Source of the DNA: Candidatus Micrarchaeota archaeon
GTDB taxonomy: Archaea; Micrarchaeota; Micrarchaeia; Norongarragalinales; SBBD01
Direction: 5' to 3'
Length of the DNA: 46,494 nt
Assembly (NCBI GenBank): GCA_043820675.1
Contig: JBDRDM010000116.1
Coordinates: 1-46,494, forward strand
The position numbers and the translations under genes are program-made. A model generated the notes under the pieces. That model was not told where the DNA came from. It saw only the letters and a list, made by a program, of their open reading frames with translations, and did no database searches. Positions 18,347 to 27,747 of the stretch are shown here, piece by piece; the stretch's first letter is position 1; each line of letters starts with the position of its first letter.

Positions 18347-19999
18347 ATGAATCTCAAAATCGTGGCATTAGGCATCGTGATGATCGTTTTGGCACTTGCT
18401 GTTTCTGTAAATGCCATCGACCTTAAGACATCTGAAGATTCAATTTCTATCCATTCCACTGAAGGCCAGTTTTTTGCATACGTGAAGAATACCGCCTCTG
18501 AGCGGCGCAACCTTTACCTTTCAGTTGATGGAAATAAACTTTCGGCTTTTGTTGAGCCTTATTCCACTTCGGTTGCAGCAGGCGCAAGCGCCGGCAGCTA
18601 CATAAGGGTCGTTGCGCCCGACTGCTTTAGGGGTTCAGAAGTCGTCGAAGTATATGCCCAGCTTTGTTCAACTAGCGGCTGCGAAACTGCAAAAAGCAAG
18701 GTCATTGTATACGTTGAGCCTGCAAAATTCTGCTCTTCTTACATTGATGGCTATGCCCCAAGCAATCAATTCATATCGGGCGTTGCATCCGGCTCGTCAG
18801 ATCCTTTTAATGTCAATACGATCGAGCCAAGGCAAAGCCGCCTTGTGTTTTCGGATTCATACGATACGACCTCTTATAGCTTAAGGATCACCGGCTCTGA
18901 TTCATGCACAAAATTGAGGCGCGGGGAAGTTGGCAGGGTCCGCCTCACGCTTTCCAACCGGGGTGCAGCTGGGAATTTCGACCTTAGGGTCGTTACCGAT
19001 TCCAATATCGATGCATTCACCTCAAAGGACTACATTGCCCTGCAAAGGGGCGGATCCGAAGAGGTGTTCGTGGACATAAAGCCGGATTTTGATTCACAGG
19101 CAGTTAGGAAATTCGTCACTTTGCAAGCGCTCCATCTTGATGGGCTTGTTGCCGAAAAGGATGTTTGCATCGATCTATACGACGAGTTCGCAATTGGCAT
19201 TTTTGCTCCCAGCGCCGTTTCCGGCAGGACCTCCAAAGACATGACAATCCAAGTCGAGGTTCAAAATTCTGGCACATCCGTGCAGCAGTATTCTTTTTCG
19301 GCCTCGAATTACGAAATCCAGGACAAAATAAGCATCGATCCCCAGAATTTCATGCTAAAGCCTGGAGCTAGGAAGATCGTGGATGTAAATGTCGATACCT
19401 CAAAGCTCAGCCCCGGGACATACCGCATCCAGTACCTGGCATATTCCGAGGAAACCCAGGAGACTGCTGAAACCGTCTTGAAAGTTGACACGGACGATTA
19501 CATTGCGCCCTCCGGCAAAGTGGGTATTGATATTGAAAACGACCAAAAGGACTCCGTGCTGACGGTATTTGCCACCATACGCAACGATGCCGATTACAAT
19601 CTTGTAGGCCTTGACCTTGAAGTGGAAGGGCTTCCATCCGGATGGGAGGTTAGCAGGATTCCGCCCCTTACAGTAAGGGCGGGCTCGAGTGAAGTCGTAG
19701 AATTCAAAATCGCTTCCACCAGTGCGGAGGAGGCATCCCCGGTGCTGATTGCAAGGCTAAATGGCAAAACCATTGCTAGCCAGCAGCTCCCGAAGATAAT
19801 TGGCGGGAATTCGGGCGGCTTTACGGGCCTATTTTCGCTCAATTCCCAAAACGTGGTTTTGGGTCTTATAATCCTGGCGGGAATTGCGGTATTCCTCATG
19901 ATCGGCCGCAGGTCCGATGATTCCGAAGGGCGCAGCGGGCACGATGCGCATGGCCACCTGGAATCCATCAAGCATGAAGCCGGCGGCCACGGGCGCTGA
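18347..19999 (+). CDS. Exported, C-terminally membrane-anchored protein with beta-sandwich-like repeats and a His-rich cytoplasmic tail
   Basis: Signal/anchor MNLKIVALGIVMIVLALAVSVNA. C-terminal TM VVLGLIILAGIAVFLMIG followed by RRSDD...GHDAHGHLESIKHEAGGHGR. The ectodomain has six Cys and no N-x-S/T sequon by my reading. Confidence 0.8.
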   Translation: MNLKIVALGIVMIVLALAVSVNAIDLKTSEDSISIHSTEGQFFAYVKNTASERRNLYLSVDGNKLSAFVEPYSTSVAAGASAGSYIRVVAPDCFRGSEVVEVYAQLCSTSGCETAKSKVIVYVEPAKFCSSYIDGYAPSNQFISGVASGSSDPFNVNTIEPRQSRLVFSDSYDTTSYSLRITGSDSCTKLRRGEVGRVRLTLSNRGAAGNFDLRVVTDSNIDAFTSKDYIALQRGGSEEVFVDIKPDFDSQAVRKFVTLQALHLDGLVAEKDVCIDLYDEFAIGIFAPSAVSGRTSKDMTIQVEVQNSGTSVQQYSFSASNYEIQDKISIDPQNFMLKPGARKIVDVNVDTSKLSPGTYRIQYLAYSEETQETAETVLKVDTDDYIAPSGKVGIDIENDQKDSVLTVFATIRNDADYNLVGLDLEVEGLPSGWEVSRIPPLTVRAGSSEVVEFKIASTSAEEASPVLIARLNGKTIASQQLPKIIGGNSGGFTGLFSLNSQNVVLGLIILAGIAVFLMIGRRSDDSEGRSGHDAHGHLESIKHEAGGHGR

Positions 20000-20128
20000 T
20001 TCTTTCATTTTTTTTATTAATGGGGTAATTTCGCCTTATTCGACCTTTTTCCACCCAGCTTCTTGGAAATTGCCAATAATTGGTATTTTATATTTCCGGA
20101 AACTTTCGCTGTCCCCTTTCCCATTCCC

Positions 20129-21085
20129 CTAGTTGTAACCAACAGATACCTTCCGTTGCTCAAGCCCCGAAATAAATCCGCCAGCAAAGCTTTTTCCCAA
20201 TTCGGAGCTAAGCCCGGGAAACAAGCTAAAATCCCCCTCGCTTCGGAATTCGCAAATCTCGTATTGTTTTTCCTCATCCGCAAAATCCTTATTTCCGGCA
20301 AGCTCGTTTGCTTTTGCAATTGCCCCCCGCCTGCCCCCCACCTCATCAATCAGGCCGGTCCTTTTGGCTTGGGAGGCACTTAGGATCCTTGCATCCAGTG
20401 CTTGCCTGAAAAGCGCATCTTTGAGCTTTCCTTTCCTTGCGCTTTCAACATCGCTTCGGAAGATCCCGAATGTTTCATCTATCAATGATTGCAAAATTTC
20501 CCTTTCTTCATCCGTCAAATTCCTATATCCCGCCCCGATATCCTTGAGCTCGCCGCTTTTTATGCTCTCCTCCCGAAGGCCCAGCTTTTCAAAAAGGCCC
20601 TCGTAATTCATGAAGGTGGCTCTAGCGCCAATGCTTCCTGTAAGGGTGTTTGGGTTTGCCACGATGTACGTGGAGGCCGCGCTTATGTAATAGCCTCCGG
20701 AGGCGGCCATTTCAGTCATGTAGGCCAAGGTTGGCTTTTTTAGATTCCTAATTTCGTCGAATATCTCCTTGCTTGCAACCGCGGAGCCTCCCGGCGAATT
20801 GACCTCAATTATTATCGCCCTTACCCTTTCATCCAAATCCGCTTCCTTGAGGAGGGATATAATCTCGTCTGGTGTATTTGCATTTGACGGCGAAAGCAGG
20901 GAATAGGGCGCATCGTAGGTTATTTCACCCGTCACCTTTATCCGTGCGATGCATGCGTTGGTATCCGTAGGGAAGATGAAAGATACTAGCAGCAGCAGCA
21001 CGAAAAGGGCGGCCACGAATTTGATTAGCATTTTCCAGGCAGGCTGTGCTTGCATGGGTGGAAAGTCGCTTTTCTTCATACGCAA
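20129..21085 (-). CDS. sppA: Signal peptide peptidase SppA (36K type)
   Basis: AIIIEVNSPGGSAVASKEIFDEI...AYMTEMAASGGYYISAASTYIVANPNTLTGSIG is the ClpP/crotonase-fold SppA signature. An N-terminal TM anchor is present. Confidence 0.9.
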   Translation of the reverse strand: MRMKKSDFPPMQAQPAWKMLIKFVAALFVLLLLVSFIFPTDTNACIARIKVTGEITYDAPYSLLSPSNANTPDEIISLLKEADLDERVRAIIIEVNSPGGSAVASKEIFDEIRNLKKPTLAYMTEMAASGGYYISAASTYIVANPNTLTGSIGARATFMNYEGLFEKLGLREESIKSGELKDIGAGYRNLTDEEREILQSLIDETFGIFRSDVESARKGKLKDALFRQALDARILSASQAKRTGLIDEVGGRRGAIAKANELAGNKDFADEEKQYEICEFRSEGDFSLFPGLSSELGKSFAGGFISGLEQRKVSVGYN

Positions 21086-21204
21086 ACCTAGGGGAATCTG
21101 GTTTAAAAGTTGATGAGCCCTGCAACGGCAATTGGGCGTGCGGGAATGCTTTTATGCTCCCATTGGGCCGTTCGTCTTAATGCAGCCTTTCCCAATTGGC
21201 GCGC

Positions 21205-21624
21205 CTATTTCCTCTTTTTGTTGGCCTCAACTGCCTTTTTTATGAGGTTGCGGTGGTGCTCTTGCACTTTTTGCTCGAACTCTTCAACTGGGAAAATGAT
21301 TTTCCCTGATTGGTAGATCATCAATCCCAATGTAGCCAAACCTAGCCAGAAAAAGAAGTTGGCAAGAGGGCCCATCATGACCCCAACGTAATCCTGGAAT
21401 TCGAAATCCTTTGTTTCCGGGGATGCTCCGCCAAGGCTCCAGCCAAAAAGGAGCGGAATTTTCTCGGGATTGAAGGATGCCGCCTCCGCCTTGCTTGCGG
21501 TTATGAAGATGCCATAGGATGCCTCGCCCACCTTGAGCAAGGATGCTGCGAGGATGAAAATGCCTAGAAGCTTTAGCAGGTGCAAAGTCTGCCCGCCGAT
21601 CTTGAACCACATTATTCTTTTCAT
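21205..21624 (-). CDS. Hypothetical membrane protein (about 2-3 TM)
   Basis: The ATG at 21624 is preceded by GGAAGGTGA 5 nt upstream on the minus strand. Hydrophobic segments LLKLLGIFILAASLL and ANFFFWLGLATLGLMIY are present. The track start at 21702 lacks an RBS. Confidence 0.6.
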   Translation of the reverse strand: MKRIMWFKIGGQTLHLLKLLGIFILAASLLKVGEASYGIFITASKAEAASFNPEKIPLLFGWSLGGASPETKDFEFQDYVGVMMGPLANFFFWLGLATLGLMIYQSGKIIFPVEEFEQKVQEHHRNLIKKAVEANKKRK

Positions 21625-21751
21625 AAAGGTCACCTTCCGGAAAGCAGTACAGTTTCCGAGTTTATAAACATTTCTTAGCAGTTGTTCCTTCTGTTGCCGC
21701 AAAACTTCCCTCCTTAAATATCATTCCGGACACAAGTATGAATTGATAAGC

Positions 21752-22801
21752 ATGCGCATTTTGAAGCTCGACTTGCAAATGCAAGAACTCAAGGCGCAAG
21801 TCGAGAGCTTGGAGGATTTGTGGGCGCTGCAAAAGCTAATAGAGCCCGGAGACGTACTGGAGGGCACATCCTTTAGGAGGTACAAAAGCGAGGATAGGCT
21901 AAGGCCGGATTCCGGGGAAAAGAAGCTGGTGCACCTGGAGTTGGAGGTGGAAGGGGTCGAAATAGCCGAGAGCGTGAATAAGCTTAGGGTTTCCGGGAAG
22001 ATACTAGGCGGTTCGCCCCCCGAATTTGTGCAAAAGGGCGCTTTTCACACCATTGATTTGGAGATGCAAACCAAATTCAAGCTTCGGAAAAAGGAATTCC
22101 TGCAATACCATAAAAAGCTAATCGACGAATCCAAGAAAAAGGCGCGCCAGGTCAGGGCGCTATTGGTTGTGATGGATGAAAAAAAGGCGCAGATGGCGCT
22201 CCTTCGGAACAACGGCGTGAAGTTCTCCTTCGAGCTTGAGAATTCCGGAAGCAAGCGCGACGTGAAGATGTTCGAGGAGCGGAAAAAGGATTTTTTCTCG
22301 GAATTACTAAAGGCAATTGAATCCGAAAAGTCGGAAAAGATACTTATCGCATCCCCCGGGTTTGCCAAGGACGAATTCCGGCGGTATGCGCTTGATAAAA
22401 ATCCGCGCCTGGAAAAAACCTTCCTGTATGAGCACGTGAGCAATGCGGAAAAATCGGCCGTATATGAGCTTTTGAAACGTGGCGCGCTTGAGAAACTGGT
22501 GAAGGAGCAAAAGGTCCAAATTGAGTTCGGGCTGCTTGAAAAATTGAAAGCCTCGCTTGGGAAGGGTGACAATCTAAGCTGCTATGGGGTAAGCGAGGTG
22601 CAAAATGCACTTGAGATGCGCGCAGTTGAAACGCTTATGATTGAAGATGACCTCCTAAGGAAGAACAAGGAATTGAACGTCCTTCTTGAAAAGGCGGAAA
22701 ATTCTGGCGTAACCTCGATTATTTTCAATTCCGATGACGATGCCGGAAGGGAGTTTTCCGCTTTCAAGATCGCGGCGCTTTTACGCTACAGGTTGGAATG
22801 A
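21752..22801 (+). CDS. pelA: Pelota (Dom34-type mRNA surveillance / ribosome rescue factor)
   Basis: MRILKLDLQMQELKAQVESLEDLWALQKLIEPGDVLEG is a typical Pelota N-terminus. The eRF1-like central and C-terminal domains are present (IASPGFAKDEF, VETLMI). Confidence 0.9.
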   Translation: MRILKLDLQMQELKAQVESLEDLWALQKLIEPGDVLEGTSFRRYKSEDRLRPDSGEKKLVHLELEVEGVEIAESVNKLRVSGKILGGSPPEFVQKGAFHTIDLEMQTKFKLRKKEFLQYHKKLIDESKKKARQVRALLVVMDEKKAQMALLRNNGVKFSFELENSGSKRDVKMFEERKKDFFSELLKAIESEKSEKILIASPGFAKDEFRRYALDKNPRLEKTFLYEHVSNAEKSAVYELLKRGALEKLVKEQKVQIEFGLLEKLKASLGKGDNLSCYGVSEVQNALEMRAVETLMIEDDLLRKNKELNVLLEKAENSGVTSIIFNSDDDAGREFSAFKIAALLRYRLE

Positions 22802-22802
22802 A

Positions 22803-23553
22803 ATGCCACTTGAATGGGATTTGACGGAACTCAAGCAGGGATCGCTATTGCATTGGAAAAAACTCAATCCAAAAGAACTGATGTCCGCAATAAGCAAAAG
22901 GCCCATCCGAACTACCGGCCAGCCATTGGTTTCCGTTTATGATTTTGGACCGCACCAACTTGCGGTTAGGCGTTTTGAACCCGACGGATTAAAGGTTGGC
23001 CAACCGCGCTTCAGGTTCACTTCCCTTATCCAGATGGTAAAAAAACGGACCGCCGTTTTGGAAATGCCAGTTGCGCTCTACACCTCAAAGATAGGGGAGC
23101 ACTATATTGTGACTTTGTGGAAAAAAGGCACAAGGTCCCTGGAGCAGTTCCTTGAAGATCCCGCCATTTTTAACAGTTTGAAGGAGCATGCGTGCATAAC
23201 TGCAATAAGGTCCCTTGTTGCATGCAGCAGGTTTCCTTCATGGGCATACCCATGTGGCCAATTTCGTTGTGAACAAGCACGGCTCGAGCTCGCTTGTCGA
23301 TCCCACAAGGATGAAAAGCAGGGGAGAATTCGAGGAGGAGGCCTGGAGAAATGGGGAAGTGAGCGAAGCAATATCTGATCTTACCCGTACACATTTTTCC
23401 GCACTTCCCTTTATCAATGAAAAAAAACTCAGGAAGGAATACGACATCGCATATGCCAAAAGATCAAAACTGATGGGTGTCGAGGAAAAAGCCGCCGCTA
23501 AACGCAAAGAATCCGCCCAAAGCAAATTCCCATGGTTCTGGAAAAAGCGCTAA
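22803..23553 (+). pseudogene. Kinase-fold (RIO/Kdo/LPS-kinase-like) gene split over two frames; a frameshifted gene, a sequencing error or a genuinely split gene
   Basis: Frame A (22803 onward) encodes an N-lobe-like part ending ...HYIVTLWKKGTRSLEQFLED...ITAIRSL. The +1 frame opens right after a TAA at 23206-23208 and continues LHAAGFLHGHTHVANFVVNKHGSSSLVDPTR. That segment resembles the catalytic-loop block HGDLHxGNxxV...xDf. The junction lies at about 23209-23220. Confidence 0.4.
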
Positions 23554-23768
23554 TGAACCGTCTTTAGGTAGATCGTGCAAAGCGCGATCACGACGAGCGC
23601 ATAGAAAGAAACGAAGTAGTCTTTGGGTATTAGGTTCGATACGAAATAGCTGCTGAACATCGCAAACGATAACAGCACGAAAAAGAAGGTTATGAGTGTT
23701 GCTATCTTCGCATTTATGAAATGGTGCCTTATCACTCCCACGTTTTTAGGCACGTGTTTATGCTCCAT
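23550..23768 (-). CDS. Small hypothetical membrane protein (72 aa, 2 TM)
   Basis: ATG-initiated with two clear hydrophobic helices, ATLITFFFVLLSFAMFSSYFV and FVSFYALVVIALCTIYL. It converges on the kinase-like gene. Confidence 0.45.
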   Translation of the reverse strand: MEHKHVPKNVGVIRHHFINAKIATLITFFFVLLSFAMFSSYFVSNLIPKDYFVSFYALVVIALCTIYLKTVH

Positions 23769-23944
23769 GTTCCCACATTAGGTTGAACGGCACGGGATAT
23801 ATAATTGTATTGATGAATCGGGCCCGAAATGGTTGAAATCCAATAGGGGCATGTTGTTAGACGCGATGAATTGTAGACAAACTACGAATACATCTTATTG
23901 GTTGAATAATATTTTTCGCTCCAATCCACTTGCCGCATGCCTCC

Positions 23945-24184
23945 CTAGAACACATCCTTGTGTTCCATTGCGGCATCGCTATTGTAGCCTCCGTAAAGCA
24001 GTGCAATGACAAGAGCCAGGAAACCCGGAACCAGATTGTTTGCAGCAACCAATATGATGCCGATGAACCCAAGGGCTATAGGAATCCGCTGCTTTTTCCA
24101 GTCAACAAATCCCGCATATGGGGGCATTCTACCGCCTCGATTAATGAAGGGGAAGGGAAGCTGTTGTTTTGGATTTGCTTCCAT
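23945..24184 (-). CDS. Small hypothetical membrane protein (~79 aa)
   Basis: ATG at 24184 (MEANPKQQ...). Two hydrophobic helices, IPIALGFIGIILVAANNLVPGFLALVIALLYGG. The start is uncertain; the track start is 24256. Confidence 0.4.
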   Translation of the reverse strand: MEANPKQQLPFPFINRGGRMPPYAGFVDWKKQRIPIALGFIGIILVAANNLVPGFLALVIALLYGGYNSDAAMEHKDVF

Positions 24185-24322
24185 TAAAGCCAAGTTTCCG
24201 CTTCTCCCCGGGCGTTTTGCCCATATGCATGGAATTTTACTGAAATAAAATAGCAACTGATTTTGAACGAATTAGACAATCATCGATAAGTGCCCGTTCC
24301 TCCATGAATTTTTATTGTCGCA

Positions 24323-25021
24323 TCAGATTTTACCCATCAGTGCGCGCGCTTCCTCGTAACGCGGGAATTTTTTCTCATCAAGCACGAACTCCCGATGATG
24401 CACCCGCCTGCGTTTGCCGTATTTTACATCGTGCTTTGCATGCAGGAGCTCGTGGTAAACAAGGTATTCGAGGAAGAATTCGGGGTATTTATCGGAATCG
24501 AATTTTCTGCTGACAACGATCTGTCCAAATGCGGTGTCGTAGAAAGCAAGCCGCCTATGCGAGATGTCCCTGCTCCAGATTATGGAGGGTTTTCCAATGC
24601 CCGCAAATGCCTCCGGGCAATCCCCCAATACCTTATCAAGAATCCACTGCAAATTACGTGCGCTGCCTTCCGATTTGCCCATTCGTTTCCTCCCGCGCCT
24701 GCCCCTAAGGGATTCATGCAGCTCGTAAACCCCCCGGCCATTGAGGGATTGGAATTTTTCCAGGTAGCTATCCATCCGGGCATCAATTTTCGAAATCCTA
24801 AAGAGCTTGATCATCAAGTCCAGTGCAAGCCCCGTGAGGCAATCCAAATCCGCTGCACTATATCCATCTGAAACTTTTGCTAAAATTTGCCCGTCGCGCA
24901 GGCGTATCGTGCTCTTGAGGCCCGCATACGGGTAGAATTTGACGTTTGCATTGTAGCTGCTCTTTCCAAGAAGCGCTGCTGCTGTTGCAAATGCGGTCTG
25001 CAGGTCTATCTCGTCGGCCAT
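24323..25021 (-). CDS. Predicted zinc metallohydrolase with an HExxH motif (SprT/DUF45-like)
   Basis: The C-terminal block FFLEYLVYHELLHAKHDVKYGKRRRVHHREFVLDEKKFPRYEEA contains HELLH, followed by a downstream His and an H..F pattern typical of this small metallopeptidase-like family. Confidence 0.55.
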   Translation of the reverse strand: MADEIDLQTAFATAAALLGKSSYNANVKFYPYAGLKSTIRLRDGQILAKVSDGYSAADLDCLTGLALDLMIKLFRISKIDARMDSYLEKFQSLNGRGVYELHESLRGRRGRKRMGKSEGSARNLQWILDKVLGDCPEAFAGIGKPSIIWSRDISHRRLAFYDTAFGQIVVSRKFDSDKYPEFFLEYLVYHELLHAKHDVKYGKRRRVHHREFVLDEKKFPRYEEARALMGKI

Positions 25022-25043
25022 CTTATGACACCAATATTTTGGC

Positions 25044-25640
25044 CTATGCGCGGTTCTGGCTTAAGAATGCGAGCACTTCCTTGTATTTTTCGGCATCGAT
25101 TTTTCCGTTTTTCAAAAGCAGCCTTAGCATCTTCCTAAGCTCTATGCAGGCGTGCAGCATCAGGCCCCTTTCCCTAAGTTGCTCGCCGCCTCCTTGTTCC
25201 CTGTCGATAAGGACGATGATATCCTTAACTATCAAGCCCTCCTGCAAAAGGGGCTCTATTGCCTCGAATTTGCTTTTTGCGGTCGTGACCAAATCATCGA
25301 TTACCACAATCCGTTCACCGGCCTTGTATTCCCCCTCGATTATTTTTTTCGTTCCGTAATCCTTAAGCTCCTTGCGCGTGTAAATCATCGGCTTATTTGC
25401 GAGAAGGGCAAGGGCAGTTGCTATTGGCAGGGCCGCATATGGAATTCCGGCAATCCGATCGCACTGCAGCTTCCTTAATTTTTTCCCCATTTCCCTTGCA
25501 ACGGCCTTTAGGAGGCCCGGGTAGCTGGCAAGCAGCCTCAAATCAATGTAAATGGGGGAAACCATTCCGCTCTTTAGGGTAAAGCTCCCGAATTTCACCG
25601 CCCCGATTTCAAAGAGCCTCAAAACGAGCTTTTTGTTCAT
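25044..25640 (-). CDS. pyrE: Orotate phosphoribosyltransferase
   Basis: GAVKFGSFTLKSGMVSPIYIDLR, IAGIPYAALPIA, and the PRPP-binding loop RIVVIDDLVTTAKS. The ATG at 25640 is preceded by AGGTGG. The longer track ORF adds an Arg-rich, non-homologous leader. Confidence 0.9.
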   Translation of the reverse strand: MNKKLVLRLFEIGAVKFGSFTLKSGMVSPIYIDLRLLASYPGLLKAVAREMGKKLRKLQCDRIAGIPYAALPIATALALLANKPMIYTRKELKDYGTKKIIEGEYKAGERIVVIDDLVTTAKSKFEAIEPLLQEGLIVKDIIVLIDREQGGGEQLRERGLMLHACIELRKMLRLLLKNGKIDAEKYKEVLAFLSQNRA

Positions 25641-25710
25641 GCGACCACCTGTTAATACCTGCCCTTGCCTATCCGCAGAGCTAATATGCCTGTCGTGCCA
25701 TCCGCCCCGC

Positions 25711-26277
25711 CTATCCTCCTTTTTCCTCCATTGCAACCCCGCCAAATACCCCCCTCAATTGCACGCGCAGGGCGTCTTGCTTGAGCTTATCGATATCATA
25801 AAGGACGTAGATTTTTCCATCCTCGATTTTCAGGCAGTTGCAAGGATCTATTTGCACCACCAATTTTTCATTGCTGCAAAAATCCGTTTCGGTTGTGCAG
25901 CCAATGAGGCGCTCGCTTGCATTGGCCGCTTCCGCCACGTAGGCAAAGGTGCTGGAATTCCTGTTTGCGGAACTCAAGGCGCCCGCGATTTCGGCGGTTA
26001 CAAGCGCCACGTATGAGTTGCGGATGTCCTCCCCCGGGAATGCGTATGCCTTGATGATTATCTTGCCTGAAAGCGCCGATCGCATTTCCAGCTCCGGATC
26101 GCCTTTTGAGAGGACTTTTAGGCCGCGTACGTCGTGCTCACGAAGCTGCCCGGAAAAATAGTAGGCGGAAACCGCGAATGCCAATATGGCAATGACCGCA
26201 ATTATTGCCATCTCGGGGGAAATCGGATTATTAGCCGACGCATTGTTTCCCTTTGTTTTTTGGGCCATGCGTTTCAC
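25711..26277 (-). CDS. Hypothetical N-terminally membrane-anchored extracytoplasmic protein
   Basis: TM helix MAIIAVIAILAFAVSAYYF followed by a soluble domain with four Cys. Its start overlaps the stop of the upstream gene by 4 nt (26274-26277). Confidence 0.6.
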   Translation of the reverse strand: MKRMAQKTKGNNASANNPISPEMAIIAVIAILAFAVSAYYFSGQLREHDVRGLKVLSKGDPELEMRSALSGKIIIKAYAFPGEDIRNSYVALVTAEIAGALSSANRNSSTFAYVAEAANASERLIGCTTETDFCSNEKLVVQIDPCNCLKIEDGKIYVLYDIDKLKQDALRVQLRGVFGGVAMEEKGG

Positions 26278-27578
26278 TTGAACCTTTGCAGCGCGCTTTC
26301 CAATGCATTGCCCTTCTCCAGCAGATCATAGCGCACCCGCACGCACTTCTTCTCAACCTTAATGAGCTTTGCAAGATCGATCGGAGTACCGATGATCACA
26401 GCTTCCGCATCCGACCTATTGATGGTTTCCTGCAGTTCCGCAACCTGTTTTTCCCCATAGCCCATTGCCGGAAGTACTTTTTCCAAATGGGGGAATTTCC
26501 GGTAGGTTTCAAGGATCGAGCCAACTGCGAATTTTTTTCCATCGGTTAGTTCGCCGGCCCCGAATTTCCTTGCCGCAACCATTCCCGCGCCTATGCGCAT
26601 CCCTCCATGGGTCATGGTGGGGCCATCGTCAATAACGAGCACGCGCTTTCCTTTTATCGAATCCACATCCTCGATGGAAACGGGCGATTCCGCATGCACG
26701 ATCGTTGCCTTCGGGTTGGCCTTCCTGATATTGCTTTCAACAAGCGCAACGTCCTCGGGCCTTGCGGTATCGGTCTTGTTGATTATTACGATATCAGCCA
26801 TCCTCAAATTTATTGCGCCCGGGTAATATGTCAATTCATGGCCGGGCCTGTGCGGATCCGCAATCACGACCAGCAGGTCGGGCGTGTAAAAGGAAAAATC
26901 GTTGTTGCCGCCATCCCATAGGATAATGTCCGCTTCCTTTTCTGCTGCTTCCAATATCTTTCCATAATCGACGCCCGCGAACACCAGGTTGCCGTTTTCA
27001 ACATGGGGCTCGTATTCCTCCCGTTCCTCAATCGTGCATTTGTGCTTATCGAAATCCGCATAGCTCCCAAAGCGCTGCACGATCTGCTCGCGCAGATCCC
27101 CATATGGCATCGGGTGCCTGACGACCGCAATCCGCTTGCCCATCTTTTTTAATATCTGCGCGACCCTGCGCGTGGTCTGGCTTTTTCCGCACCCCGTCCG
27201 AACGGCGCAAATTGCAACAACGGGCTTTTTGCTCCTGATCATTGTGCTCTTAGGGCCCAAAAGCGAAAAATCCGCTCCGGCTGCGTTCACGATTGCTGCT
27301 TTTTCCATCACGTATTGGTGCGGAACATCGCTGTAGGCGAAAACCACTTCATCGACCTTCATTTTGGCAATCAATCCGGGCAAATCTCTTTCCGGATGGA
27401 TCGGGATGCCTTCCGGGTATTTATTCCCCGCAAGCTCAGTTGGGTACTTCCGGCCTTCGATGCCAGGTATCTGCGTTGCCGTGAAAGCAACGACCTCGTA
27501 ATTTGGGTTTTCCCGGAAATACGTGTTGAAATTATGGAAATCCCTGCCGGCCGCGCCCATTATGATTACCCGCCTCAT
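26274..27578 (-). CDS. P-loop NTPase of the cyclic 2,3-diphosphoglycerate synthetase-like / predicted-GTPase (COG2403-type) family
   Basis: RRVIIMGAAGRDFHNFN, VVAFTATQIPGIEGR, Walker A AVRTGCGKSQT, RHPMPYGDL, CTIEEREEYEP, WDGGNND and DPHRPGHE are the blocks I associate with this archaeal/bacterial family. ATG at 27578; an in-frame GTG at 27587 is an alternative start. Confidence 0.7.
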   Translation of the reverse strand: MRRVIIMGAAGRDFHNFNTYFRENPNYEVVAFTATQIPGIEGRKYPTELAGNKYPEGIPIHPERDLPGLIAKMKVDEVVFAYSDVPHQYVMEKAAIVNAAGADFSLLGPKSTMIRSKKPVVAICAVRTGCGKSQTTRRVAQILKKMGKRIAVVRHPMPYGDLREQIVQRFGSYADFDKHKCTIEEREEYEPHVENGNLVFAGVDYGKILEAAEKEADIILWDGGNNDFSFYTPDLLVVIADPHRPGHELTYYPGAINLRMADIVIINKTDTARPEDVALVESNIRKANPKATIVHAESPVSIEDVDSIKGKRVLVIDDGPTMTHGGMRIGAGMVAARKFGAGELTDGKKFAVGSILETYRKFPHLEKVLPAMGYGEKQVAELQETINRSDAEAVIIGTPIDLAKLIKVEKKCVRVRYDLLEKGNALESALQRFK

Positions 27579-27747
27579 TGCATCCACCCTCTTTTATATT
27601 GGCTGTGGATAAAACGCCGATAAGTAATAAAAACCCCCTCTGCATTAAGGGGCTGGGGGAAAATGCGGCTCATCCGCTGGTGGGAAAATCGGAAATTTCA
27701 ATATTTTCCTGTTGGCACGTCCAATTCAAAAAAAAATGTGGATATGC

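Noticed and set aside
22734-22802. An upstream extension of the kinase-like ORF that overlaps the end of pelota.
   Set aside because: The extension is out of frame with the conserved Pelota C-terminus and has no homology. The ATG at 22803, one base after the pelota stop, is the natural start.
25641-25745. A 35-aa N-terminal extension of pyrE in the tracked ORF.
   Set aside because: OPRTase homology begins at MNKKLVLRLFEIGAV. That ATG has an AGGTGG RBS, and the extension is an Arg-rich non-homologous leader.
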